Of a stretch of 64,000 nt of DNA, positions 1 to 13,356 are shown in pieces; the stretch's first letter is position 1; the number at the start of each line of letters is the position of its first letter. Location of the stretch: contig OX597833.1 of assembly GCA_951406725.2 (NCBI GenBank), forward strand, positions 65,162,001-65,226,000, read 5' to 3'. The notes under the pieces are model-generated. The model was not told the DNA's origin, did no database searches, and worked only from the letters and a program-made list of their open reading frames with translations. The stretch comes from Octopus vulgaris (lineage: Eukaryota). The position numbers and the translations under genes were made by a program.

Positions 1-123
1 TAAGGGAGTTTGATTCCGCTTCCCTCTTCTGCACCTCATGACTGGCTGTCGGTTCATCCGCTATTATGGAGAGCAGGACGTCTAACTCACAAACATACTG
101 GAACTAACCTAAAGTTGAGTATA

Positions 124-191
<68 letters not shown>

Positions 192-198
<7 letters not shown>

Positions 199-589
199 GA
201 GTGTATTTTACCTTGTTAACAATTAACACGGATAAATGAATGAATAGTTACCAGGGCAGCAAAAATCTCACAAGTAAAGATGTTGTAACTCCTTGTTTAT
301 AAAGGTTGACACTTCGTGTTTACGTTGAATATTTGAATAATAGGAATAAAAAGTGGAGTTAACGCAGGTTTAAACAAGTATTTTTACTTTCTACATATGT
401 TTCAAAAATTCCACTGATACTTATTCAAAAGAATAAAAGGTATAAACAATGCAATCTTCTCTTCGGGAAAGTGAAAAAACGAAACTTGTCAATACGACAT
501 TTTAGCTGCTTAAAATAAAGCATATTACTCTACCACTGGTATTTGAGTACTCTTTTTTCCACCTTGTTTCACATTTATGTGTTTACTCC

Positions 590-591
<2 letters not shown>
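192..591. mobile_element. Penelope-like terminal-repeat fragments between (TA)n tracts
   Basis: Unique-sequence island bounded by long (TA)n, containing the hammerhead motif at 386-472. Region 230-385 resembles 20060-20215 (gttaccagggcagcaaa vs gatacctgggtagcaaa; tggagttaacg vs tggagttgaacg). Confidence 0.5.
386..472 (-). ncRNA. Type I minimal hammerhead ribozyme motif (Penelope-type) with long stem II and CCGAAGA core variant
   Basis: Minus strand actttc-CCGAAGA-[long imperfect hairpin]-GAAA-catatg (palindrome)-TA-gaaagt. Stem I actttc/gaaagt is perfect. Confidence 0.65.
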
Positions 592-643
<52 letters not shown>

Positions 644-660
644 TATATGTATATTCATGC

Positions 661-692
<32 letters not shown>

Positions 693-786
693 CTATACAT
701 ATGTATATATGCACATATCTTCAATAGGTATTTACCAGCTCATGCCCATGTAATTTGTATATTATCATGAATTATTCCTCAACTCA

Positions 787-824
<38 letters not shown>

Positions 825-1265
825 GCACACATATATATATATACATATATATGTATATATAAATATGTATATATATGTGTGCGTATGTATGTGTGTGTGC
901 CCCCTTTCCATTCTATGTTGCTATCGATTTCGCCATGGATTTCTCTCTCAGTTCTCTAATAATGGCTGTATTTTGTCTCCCGCTTGCCTATTAATACAAT
1001 TCTCAAAAGACGTGTCTATACATTTAATTGTTAGAATCTATTATTTAGATGCGTCACTAGGACGAAATCTGTGTAAATGTATCCATTCGCAATTTATAAA
1101 ATAACGACTTAATGTTGTTTTGAATAGATGTTCCTATAAAATTGGGAAGAAACACACACGTATACATACATACATATATGTATGTATATATATACCTGTA
1201 GACCTGTGTTTAAATAAATAAATAAATAGAAATTAATAGAAATCAATTCAGAATGTGTAAGGATG

Positions 1266-1342
<77 letters not shown>

Positions 1343-1729
1343 TGTATATGTATGTATATCTTTTCATATGAATATGCGTACAAGTATACATATATTTACG
1401 AATACCCACTTTTGTTTATATAAGTATGCGTGTATGTCTACGTATATATGTATATGTGTGAGGGCGCAGGAGTGTATATTCACACGTATACATCTGAGCA
1501 TATGTAAACACATACATTGACGAAACCATTATTTCACACATGCCTCTTGAGTGATTCGATTCCATTGAGAATTCAAACATTCTTACAGCAACTTCGAATA
1601 ATGAGAAAATATCTTTGTAAATATCTTATATTATTCACAGACTTATCTCGAGTAGGAATGGTTATGAATATAAACGAGTGCGTGTCAGTTTTTGTTTCTT
1701 CGTTGTTTTATTCTTTCTTTTTTTCTTTT

Positions 1730-1768
<39 letters not shown>

Positions 1769-2429
1769 TATGTATTTTCCCCCGGTTTCTTTTCCTTTCT
1801 TCCAATTCTTCCCTACATGTGAAATTCACTTGATATGGAAGCATTTAGAGTCTTTAATAGAATTCAACTCAAAACAAAATCTTGACGCTGTTAACTCACT
1901 CATGGCCCCGCGTCAATATTATTTGGCATCAACAAGAAAACACGAAAATACCGAAACACAAAAATTAGAGCCGAAAAAAACAAAAAGAAAAACAAAAACG
2001 TAGAATACCGCAAACAAAACGTAAATACAATTTACTTTCTTCTGCAGGCACTCTCTAATTAATACTTTAAGTCTGTCTTAAGATGCCGTCCAATGTAAAG
2101 AGTTCTTATTCTCTCTGCTGACAGTACACACCTAAGCACCTACCCCAACATCTATCGAAATATTTAACTGATACGTCGTTCCTCCCCACACCGAACCGAC
2201 TTTTTTTCTAGAGGGAAAATAAATATTACTTTAACAGTATCAGAACACATCCTTCTAAAATAAAAATAACTTCAGTAAAAACAAAAAACAGAAATTGATA
2301 TTACAAAAAAAAATAAAAAATAATGATAATTCCAATAATATTAATAAAAGAAAACACTACAAATTATTGATATTTTTGCTCGTCTTACGGCTATCACTAT
2401 TAGTAATATTCTTAATAATTGTTGAACAA

Positions 2430-2806
2430 AGAAGAAGAAGAAGAAGAAGAAGAAGAAGAAGAAGAAGAAGAAGAAGAAGAAGAAGAAGAAGAAGAAGAAG
2501 AAGAAGAAGAAGAAGAAGAAGAAGGAGAAGATGAAGAAGAAGATGAAGAAGAAGATGAAGAAGATGATGAAGAAGAGAACAAGCAAAATTTATAATGGCG
2601 ATAATAATAATAATAACAATAAGAAGACGAAGAAGAAGATGATGAAGAAGAAGAAGAAGAAGAAGAAGAAGAAGAAGAAGAAGAAGAACGGGAAGATGAA
2701 GGTGATGATGAGGATGATGATGAAGTAGAAGAAGAGGAAGTAGAAGAAGAGGAAGAAGAAGAAGAATGCAAAATTTATAATTATGATAATAATGATAATA
2801 GTAACA

Positions 2807-2879
<73 letters not shown>

Positions 2880-2960
2880 CAACAACAACAAAAACAACAA
2901 CAGCGATGATGATGATGATGGTGGTGATGTTGATGATGATGATGATGATGACGCTGATGA
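2430..2960. repeat. Compound trinucleotide microsatellite (GAA)n/(GAT)n/(AAT)n/(AAC)n
   Basis: Directly visible. Confidence 0.97.
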
Positions 2961-3884
2961 TAATGTTTGAGTTACGGTTTTTAGTTTCCATTTGTGTCAG
3001 GAGATTAGCTGGTAGCAGTATTGACTTTTAGAGAAATGACATTTTTGCCCGGAAATTAAATAAAAACATAGTATTTTTTAAAAAAATATTTTTCTTTCCT
3101 TCTTTATGTATGTTTTATTTGTTTTTTACTGCCAAGAAACACAGGGCAGACATATATGCCCACTGTTGTACATATGAACATAACACATGTATACATAATT
3201 CATATATTTAATGTGTGTATGTAGGTGTGTGTTCGTATGCATGTATTTATGTATATATGTGTATCTATACACTCACACACACAGCTGTAAAACATTGCTC
3301 ACTGTAGGAATAAAAGGATGAGCGACATATACACATATAGAAACAAGCATTAAGGTGTATATTGTCATTCTCGTACATTCTCGTATTTTTTTTTCAGCCG
3401 TTTATTGTGGACCATTGTTGAAACTTGTAATAAAATCTGTGGAACAACTATTTTGAGAAGTTTAATATTTCGAGCAGGAACTCTTTGTCGGAGAGAAATG
3501 AATCATCAACTTGTCAATCACCTTCTCTTCTTACAAATCTCCTTCCTTCCACTCTTGCTCTTTCCTTGCCTCATTCCCTGTCTTTATCTCTCTGCACCCT
3601 CTTTTTCTACTTTACGTTTCCTTCTGTTAGATCCATTCACAAGACTTAAGTCGGCCTGAGGCCAAGTAGAAGACGCCTGCCTATGGTTATCGTTCCACGC
3701 TGTGATATAGAATCTGGAACCGTGTCGTTGGAAACGAAACCTCTTACCACACGGCCAATACTGCGTAGACCGGTATAAGTTTATTCATTCAGATATTTGC
3801 CACGAAACGATTGTTGCGTTGAGGAAAAACGTTTGTAGGAAAAACGTAGGAAAAACGTTTGTAGAAGAACTCTAGGAAATGGAG

Positions 3885-4204
3885 TGAGGGCGCGTGGCTT
3901 AGTGGTTAGGGCATTCGGCTCATGATCGTAAGGTTGTGACTTCGATTCCCGGCGATGCGTTGTGTCCTTGAGCAAGACACTTTATTTCACGTTGCTCCAG
4001 TCCACTCAGCTGGCAAAAATGAGTTGTACTTGTATTTCAAAGGGTCAGCCTTGTCACTCTCTGTGTCACGCTGATTATCCCCGAGAACTACGTTAAGGGT
4101 ACACGTGTCTGTGGAATGCTCAGCCATTTGCACGTTAATTTCACGAGCAAGCTGTTCCGTTGATCGTATCAGCTGGGACCCTCGTCGTCGTAACCGGCGG
4201 AGTC
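3885..4204 (+). mobile_element. tRNA-headed SINE, head C + tail 1
   Basis: gggcgcgtggcttagtggttagggc..ttcgattccc head; ttgagcaagacactttatttcacgttgctccagt body; tail shared with 9690-9872. Confidence 0.88.
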
Positions 4205-4647
4205 TTTTTTTTAGGAAATGGAATGGCAACTAGCAAGATTGTCACGATTGGTTTTCGCCTGTAATATTATCGATGTATTAAACTACAAACGCCGAGGAAT
4301 ATTTGAAGAATCATATGCATAAAATTACAATAAAATTTTTTTTTTTTTTTTTTAAAGCTACAGAAACGAAGCCTGTAAGCATGAGTGTGGGAGATGAAGA
4401 GAGATCTGCTTACTACACAGTAATGGGAACTGATTAGAAATATGGAAAGGAAATAAAAAAAAAGTAAAATGAAACAACAACAAAAAAACTGCAGTCAATT
4501 TCCTGGAAATTATTTGAATTTAATAATATCTCATCTGAGAATCGACTTGTTTTCCTCATAATATGATTACTTTGTTCATTTTACACCAATAGATTAAATA
4601 TGCGCCACAGCTAACGCTGTTGTTGATTTTGATGCCTAATATTTATG

Positions 4648-4726
<79 letters not shown>

Positions 4727-4764
4727 CTATATATATACACATATATATATACATATATATATGT

Positions 4765-5215
4765 ATTTCTCCTCTCACGTGACCGCTGGCCAACCAGCCT
4801 TTCAGCTTCTGGCCGGCGCCGTGAGACCATCGTTGTCTTCGTCTGCCGAAAAAGGCATTTTTTTCCAAAATACGCCAGTTAAACTAAGTTGTACTGTCTA
4901 TTAGTCGTAAGACACCCGCTGTTTTTGTCCTGTAATTACTATTATTGTTTTTTTGTATTTTATATTCGTCTGGCATCGTCCGGTTTTCTGTCCCTGTTTC
5001 GTATATATTCGATCCTTTTTGCAAGAAATCGAATGCTCGTAGCTTAGTTTTTCCTTGGGGCTGGTCGGATCGGAGCGATCTCAAGATTAATCGGCCGAAA
5101 TTGCTAGGATGATCCGGTTCTTGACTGAAGATTGAAGGCTTCGAATGTCCCGTCCGTGTTTTTTGTATCGTCTTCTAAATGTTTTACGTTCTTGTCCCAG
5201 TTTGTATTTTTCTAC
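4765..5215 (+). mobile_element. Non-coding repeat in (TA)n, homologous to 23110-23560; Penelope-like terminal repeat suspected
   Basis: Shared blocks cacgtgacc, ttagtc..aagacaccc, aatc..tgctc, ggggctgg, ccgaaattgc, cccgtcc, ttgtatcgtct, ctaaatgtttt in the same order in both copies. Both are flanked by (TA)n. Confidence 0.7.
5059..5144 (+). ncRNA. Candidate non-circularly permuted hammerhead-like ribozyme, copy 1
   Basis: TC site 5079-5080, GAAA 5097-5100, CTGAAGA 5125-5131. Helices tcaaga/tcttga, agcgat/attgct, ggctggt/atcggcc. Confidence 0.5.
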
Positions 5216-5237
5216 ATATATATATATATATATATAT

Positions 5238-5298
<61 letters not shown>

Positions 5299-5299
5299 G

Positions 5300-5352
<53 letters not shown>

Positions 5353-6027
5353 TATATACATATATATATATTATATGCGTGTGTGTGTATGTTAATATAT
5401 AATATTCACGAGCAATTTTTATTCTTTTGCGCGCGTTTCATTAAAAGTAAACGTATGTCCTTTGTGTATGGAATCTTTATCAGTAGCCAATTTTACCGCC
5501 AAAATGTTTGACCCGTTAACGCTTGCGCATCAGCAGACTTTGCCGCATATTTTTGTCTTATTTTCAGGTTTCCTAAGCCATCACGTGTTATTTATTATAC
5601 ATATATATATATATTTCTTGTAGGCGTCTTCTGTTTGTTTATTTTGGCAATGTGATGCGATATCGATGACATAATGGAAAATGTTGTTGAGGAGCTTATA
5701 CATCATGGATGGAGCTGCTCCTTTTAGTAAATGCATGGGGAGCCTACGCGAGATTCTTGGTCCAGTATGGCTAATATAAAAGCTGGAGTCATCAAGTTTT
5801 AAACCGTCACTTCTATAATTGCGTTTCTAGAAAATACGTGTTACTTGGTGTTTTCTGTTGAATTTAGCAATTAGATATTCAGCGAATGTTATACGGAATA
5901 CACGCAACTGAAGGATTTTATATAAAACATTTCGAGAATTTCTGCTATTTGCACGATAGTTTGTAGACATTTTTCTTCCGTTAGTTGTGAAAATACTCTT
6001 ATACTTCAATAAATTATTACCAAAATA

Positions 6028-6499
<472 letters not shown>

Positions 6500-7146
6500 A
6501 TACATTTCTGATATCTTTAGCTTGATTGTCGAATTCTAAATCCGCTTAAAAGTTGTGGTTATTTCAACCAAAGAAAGAAAATATCTGACCCCCTTTCTTA
6601 TTCGGTCCCAATTAACCGATTATATTTGTCGTGATATTTTAATCATACACATTTTCATTAGGATATTGGATTTCATTTGATAATTTCATCAAATTCCACT
6701 GTAGTTTAGTGTTTATTGCTTGAGCTTACCTTCACTTATGCCTATATAGATATTCGTGTACCTATTCGAGATTTGTTTTGATCTGATTTTAGTGATTTCT
6801 CTTTCGTATACGATCACTTGAGCCTACATTAGTGATCGAAAGCACACGCATTGATATTCTCTATATGCTTTTAACTAACGCTGATTGGTGTGAGTAGATA
6901 CGTATTTGGTGTGCAACTGTAACTCTATTTAAAGTTATTCTCGTTGAATATTTAATTTATTTGTAGTTGATGGGAAACTGTTTATTGATTAAAGCCAAAA
7001 TGTTCATGGAGAAATTCGTCCTTACATTCAACGAGAAAGTGTCTAATAAACCGGCTAATATATATATATATACTTTATTGAAAAGCAGCAGAAAATTCAA
7101 CAAAACCTGTTACTGTGGATTCAGTATAGCATATATATATATATAT

Positions 7147-7420
7147 GAAAGCGCATGGCTCAGTGGTTAGAGCGTCGATCGTAATGTTGTGAGATCGATT
7201 CCTGAACCGGGCTGCGTGTTGTGTTCTTGAGCAAGACGCTATCTTTTGACGTCGCTCCAGTTCACTCATGTGTAGAAATAAGTTGCGACGTGACAGGTAC
7301 CGAGCTGTATCGGCCCCTTTGCCTTTCCCCCTGGATAACATCGGTGGCGTGGAGAGGAGCCGCTGGTATGCATGGACGACTGCTAATCTTCCATAAAAAC
7401 AACCCTGGTTTGTGCGTTCG
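7147..7420 (+). mobile_element. SINE head C + tail 3, diverged
   Basis: gcgcatggctcagtggttagagcg head and ttgagcaagac..gctccagttcactca body, then a different 3' part. Confidence 0.75.
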
Positions 7421-7484
7421 CCGGTGAGGCGACTTTCCTCCCAGACTTGTTCACCCGGAGGGGAACCTCATAGATACACCGATG

Positions 7485-7520
<36 letters not shown>

Positions 7521-7523
<3 letters not shown>

Positions 7524-7707
7524 AATTAAGGACTGAACACGAAAAGTGGACAGTCAACATGCTAGATATAGACGTCAAATCGTCATTCTCCACAAAAGAT
7601 TATGTTCTCATTTGATCTGAGAACATAATCTTTTGTGGAGAATGACGATTTGACGTCTATATCTAGCATGTTGACTGTCCACTTTTCGTGTTCAGTCCTT
7701 AATTGGT
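7521..7707. repeat. Perfect inverted repeat, 90-bp arms with 7-nt spacer
   Basis: 7521-7610 is the exact reverse complement of 7618-7707; spacer tttgatc. The island lies between (TA)n tracts. Confidence 0.95.
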
Positions 7708-7791
7708 ATATATAAATATTTTGATCTTCGGATTCTTTTTTAATATGCTAGACCACTGGTCTTAATTGATAAATATCAATTTCTACCCTTA

Positions 7792-7868
<77 letters not shown>

Positions 7869-8258
7869 GCACACGTAGTCAACTACGGCTTACACGGTGT
7901 TATTTTTTAAACATAACAGTATTTGCAGCATTACAAATGCTTTCATTGAATTTTTTCTGGAAGCTATTTGTGAATACAATAAGCGTATATAAATGTATAT
8001 GAATTTCTTTCATGAGATTTTTGGGATGTTTTCTAGTACACACGTAGTTAAAGTTAGGATGAGGTTTTCAAAATTAACAAGTGTTAATTGCGTAAATGAC
8101 GTTATTTCAAAGTAACTAAAGCATTACTATTGACCTATACAGGTATTACCAACACATAGATCAAAATATATTGTAGTTATATACTTTAGGTCTTAACGAC
8201 CCTTAGTTGAAACATGTTTCGTGATCAGCATAAGGTTATATATTTTAGTTAATCTATA

Positions 8259-8407
8259 GGGACAGGAGTGGTAAGAAGCTTGCTTACCAACCATTGGTTT
8301 TGGGTTCAGTCCCACTGCGTGGCACTTTGGGTGTCTTCTACTATGGCCTTGGGCCGACCAAAGCCTTCTGAGTGGATTGGTAGACGAAAACTGAAAGAAG
8401 CCCGTCG

Positions 8408-8483
<76 letters not shown>

Positions 8484-8709
8484 TGTGTGTCTGTGTTTGT
8501 GTGTCTGTGTTTGTCCCCCTGCCCAACATCGTTAGACAACCGATGCTGGCATTTTTATGCCCCCGTAACTTAGCAGTTCGGCGAAAAGAGACCGATAGAT
8601 GTAAGTACTAGGCTTACAAAGATTAAGTCCTGGGGTCGATTTGCTCGACTAAAGGCGGTGCTCCAGCATGGCCGCAGTCAAATGACTGAAACAAGTAAAA
8701 GAGTAAAAG
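8259..8709 (+). mobile_element. SINE family A
   Basis: Colinear with 6028-6499, with a small deletion in the head. Confidence 0.88.
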
Positions 8710-9493
8710 CGTAAGGGAGAAAAATTCTCACAAAGGCCGCCCACCTTTATATTTCCATATGCTCCATGCTCCTGTCAAATACACAAAAGTTTCTAACTGT
8801 TTTACGCGGACAGAATATTTGTCATAAACCAGAGATTTTCCACCATGCACCATAATCCCGATCACATTATCTTTCTATAGTATAAGTATTTGAACATTTT
8901 AAGCCATTAATGAGAAGGATACACTTCAACGATGTTGATTTGCAGCAATTTGGCGTCAATTACCTTATTAATATTCTGAAACCAACTGATGGTTATGTAA
9001 ATATTATTCCATTATGGAAGGTTAGTTACTTTCTAAATGACGTTATGAATGCTCTTTAAAATTTTCTTGGGAATTAATCCTATTTTAGATTTAGCAGTAT
9101 TAGTTAATTAATCGGCGTTAATAGATCCAGGGTTTGCTTAACGACCCTTAGTTGAAATATATGTTTCGTGTTTGACTTCAGGTTATAATATAATATAATT
9201 CGTGGGTGTCTTGTTATACCCCACACTTCTTTTCATAAAGATATGGCTTGCCTTATTATTAAGTTAGTGGCTTGTCAGAATTATTTGCAGAGAACTTCCC
9301 GTTATTTAGGAGCGATGTTTAAAAAACAGGGAAGCCAATTTTTCTTCCATTCGTTCGATGTCGATCAAGCTAAATACAACTCAAGGCCAGTAAGTAAACG
9401 GACGCAAGGGAGCTTCACATTTTCTATGTATGTACATATATATCTCTGTATATAAATATATATGTATGTGTATGTACGTGTATACGGAGTGGT

Positions 9494-9880
9494 GGAGGCG
9501 CAATGGCCCAGTGGTTAGGGCAGCAGACTCTCGGTCGTAGGATCGCGGTTTCGATTCCCAGACCGGGCGTTGTGAGTGTTTATTGAGCGAAAACACCTAA
9601 GAGCTCCACGAGGCTCCGGCAGGGGATGGTGGCGATCGCTACTGTACTCTTTCACCACAACTTTCTCTCACTCTTACTTCCTATTTCTGTTGTACCTGTA
9701 TTTCAAAGGGCCGGCCTTGTCACTCTCTCTGTCATGCTGAATATCACCGAGAACTACGTTATGGGTACACGTGTCTGTGGAGTGCTCAGCCACTAACACG
9801 TTAATTTCACGAGCAGGCTGTTCCGTTGATTCGGATCAACCGGAACCCTCGTCGTCGTAACCGACGGAGTGCTTCCATCC
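9494..9880 (+). mobile_element. tRNA-headed SINE, head B + tail 1, with 13-bp TSD
   Basis: ggaggcgcaatggcccagtggttagggc head. Direct repeat atacggagtggtg at 9482-9494 and 9881-9893. Confidence 0.9.
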
Positions 9881-10500
9881 ATACGGAGTGGTGTTCATTA
9901 AAGATTTTCCTGACCCACTTCCGTTTAGTGCAGGAAACGAAACTTGTATACGTATAATTGTACATATCTCTATATGGCACATTGTAAATTGCAGCTTTCT
10001 TCTATTATTCGTTTGTCCTTTACAGCTGCTGAAGTGGACTAAGGCGTTATAATGGAGGCAGTTGAATGCAGATCAGGGATCAGGTTCTTATACTTTAAAT
10101 TAGAAGAAAGAAGTTAATGGCAACCATGCACCATCATAGAACGTGGTCAAACACTGATATCACCAGTTCAAATGTGGTTGGACATTGGTGGAACCTGCTT
10201 CTATTCCTGGATGACGACATTCCGCCATTGATGACGACCCCATCCATAAATTAGAAGTCACCAGTTTAGAGGATCACCGCATAACTCTTCCGCAACTAGC
10301 ACAAGAAGTGAAGGTAAGTGAAGGGTCTGTGGAAGAAAATTATTCACGACCATTTTGCATATGCGGAAGTTGATTGTACGATTGATTCCTTGGATGCTCA
10401 CACCATTTTAGAAGCAGAAACCAGTCAATTGCTCACAAGTACAATTGGCACTGTGCCAAGAAAACGAGGAGGACATCATCGGCAGACTTATCACTTCGGT
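9881..10500 (+). pseudogene. Mariner transposon fossil (left end and N-terminal transposase)
   Basis: TIR-like tacggagtggtgttcattaaag. Degenerate peptides QFKCG, RITLPQLAQEVKVSEGSV, IIHDH..IPWMLT (WVPHxL-like), GRLIT. Truncated by the SINE at 10511. Confidence 0.75.
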
Positions 10501-10510
10501 AGACATCACT

Positions 10511-10924
10511 ATACTCTTTTACTCTCTCTTTTACTTGTTTCAGTCATTTGACTGCGGCCATGCTGGAGCACCGCCTTTAGTCGAGCAAATCGACCCCGGG
10601 ACTTATTCTTTGTAAGCCTAGTACTTATTCTATCGGTCTGTTTTTGCCGAACCGCTAGGTGACGGGGACGTAAACACACCAGCATCGGTTGTCAAGCAAT
10701 GCTAGAGGGACAAACACAAACACATAAACATATACATACACATACATATATATACATATATACGACAGGCTTCTTTCAGTTTCCATCTACCAAATCCACT
10801 CACAAGGCATTGGTCGGCCCGGAGCTATAGCAGAAGACACTCGTCCAAGATGCCATGCAGTGGGACTGAACCCGGAACCATGTGGTTGGTAGGTAAGCTA
10901 CTTACCACACAGCCACTCCTGCGC
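10511..10924 (-). mobile_element. SINE family A
   Basis: Full-length reverse-complement copy. Confidence 0.9.
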
Positions 10925-10929
10925 TATGA

Positions 10930-11400
10930 ATTCAGAATCCTTTGCTGGCGCAGAAGGGCAGCTGGTATCTGGTCGATTCTTTCTAATCATCCTCTGAACT
11001 TTCTGTTTAGATACACCTTGATCTATTCCGCCGCCAATGATCATTTTCTATTTGTCCGTTGACCCTGTAAAAATGTTGGTATCCCTGTGGTATTTTTGCC
11101 TCTTCTACAACTTCAGTTTATAAAGAAGTTGCATTTGCAAAATGAAATGTCAAAAGAATGTGTTTGAAACGATGGTACATGTTTTCTGTTTTTCACAGAT
11201 TTTAGTAATGCTTGGCAGTTTAGATTAAAGTTTAAGACTTTCGGTTTAACTGAATCAATCATAACACAAGGGATGGATACCTTTTGCCGAAGAAGAGTTA
11301 TCTTTTCTGCTACAATCTTCATAATTTGTTCCATTAAAGGACCTTCTTTAACTACATTTCTTTTCTTTTTCTCATTCAAATAAAACACATTTTAGCACGC
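10930..11400 (-). pseudogene. Degenerate DNA-transposase N-terminal fragment (Sola2-like, tentative)
   Basis: Minus-strand peptides KVSIPCV, FDISFCKC, FLQGQRTNRK / MIIGGGID across frameshifts. They resemble an FDIxxCKC..FLxDQRxxRKMxIG pattern recalled from invertebrate transposases. Confidence 0.4.
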
Positions 11401-11973
11401 CCTTATAAGTTGGGAAAACTCGCTCGCTAAGATCCCATGGACTACTAAATACTAGGCATTCAATATCATGGCACGTTATTGACTTACAAATCATCTCTAA
11501 ATATAAACAACACTAAATTTAATACGATCATGAATTTTGATACCATGGCCTGAAGTTAAAGGACAAAGCAGTAAACTTCCCACACGTACGACGTACGCCC
11601 ACACACAAGGACCGCGTTGCAGCGGCACTGGAGAGTATGTCACACTCCCGTTCTTTTTATATCCAATGCGGGACCTCAAGATATTAAGTAATTGTATTGA
11701 GGCTTAGTATACAACCATGCGAAGATAACATATTAACGGTTCTACATGCTGCTACGTGGAAATATGTACTCGGTACAACTTATAATCCGTGAAATACAAT
11801 ATTCGACCAAAGATAGCAAATTTTGAAACATTTCAACTGTGTTGCGGAGCCTAAAAGTAATATTTAACCGCAGAGTTCTTTATACACCGTTTTTACAACC
11901 TAAATTTGCAACAAAATTTCGATTCCAAGATGCCAATTTCCAATGTTGCATTTCTCGCTCCACCCTAATATAA

Positions 11974-12030
<57 letters not shown>

Positions 12031-12033
12031 CAT

Positions 12034-12081
<48 letters not shown>

Positions 12082-12239
12082 GCCGGAATGATATGAGCAT
12101 AAAATATAATGATGTGTTATGCTATACTAGCATCACGCCAGGAAACTTCTCTACGTGTGCATATACGTTGCATGTGATTTTTACCATATATGAGGAATCA
12201 TCATATATATACACATTCACACATAAATACACATGCACG

Positions 12240-12420
12240 CAAACACACACACATACATACACACATACACACATACATACATACATACATACATACATAC
12301 ATACATACATACGTACGTACATACATACATACATACGTACATACATACATACATACATACATACATACATACATACATACATACATACATACATACATAC
12401 ATACATACATACATACATGT
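12240..12420. repeat. (TACA)n microsatellite
   Basis: Directly visible. Confidence 0.97.
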
Positions 12421-13356
12421 ATACATGTATGTATTTTTGTATGTATGTAATTATGGATTTCTGTTAAGAAGCTTTTACGCGTTTTCTCGCACTTCGACTT
12501 AAAATATTGGAACATTTTTTTTTCCTTTTCATAGGATTATATTGACAAGAATATTAATTCCGTCTCTAGAAGACGAGCACACTCAATCTCAATCGCCCAG
12601 GACAACATGCTTAGCTATATTTCTTCAGGTATTGCGCTATGAGTTCAAATCTCGGGGAAGCTTACGATAAAATATGTACCACTTGAGCTGTGGGTTGGAT
12701 GAAAATCGCCCTGACCTTTCCCCTGGAAATTTCGAGCCGTGTACCAATAATAGTAATATCGCTTTGAAATTTTGGAACAAGACCAATAATGTGAGGAAGA
12801 GTCAAGTCTTTTGCGTCGACCTCCAGCGTCCAAAAGTCATGTATGTACATGTACCATAGTTTCTAGCGTATGTCTCACGTTTTCTGTTTCCTAAATGGGC
12901 AAAAATGGGTCTTACTTATTTAATATAGGATGCTGGGGATATTTTCGGACTGTTTTCCTTTCTTTATTTCTTTTGTAACCAATTGCTCAACTGATTCCCC
13001 ATATTTTCATGTGTATTTATTGTATCCCTATAGGGAATTGCGTGGATTAAGTAGTAGTTTTCGGGGTTGCGGGTCTATGGGCAGCGCGGTTCATAGTCCG
13101 GAAATTACGGTAGACGAATGTGTCATTTTTCTGTGTTAATTATCCTACATTTTATTGGGGACCACGAATCGTCGATAAAAATTTAAGGGGAATGGTACGT
13201 AAATTTTTTTGGAAAAGTTTGAGAACCACTGTCTTATGCTCTAACATTTTTCACTCATTGAACAACGGCCATCCTGGAGCACCGACTTGATAATCTAAAT
13301 GAGGGGGATCAATATTATAAAAGCGGAATGACTTTATCTATATACTCGTCTACTGG

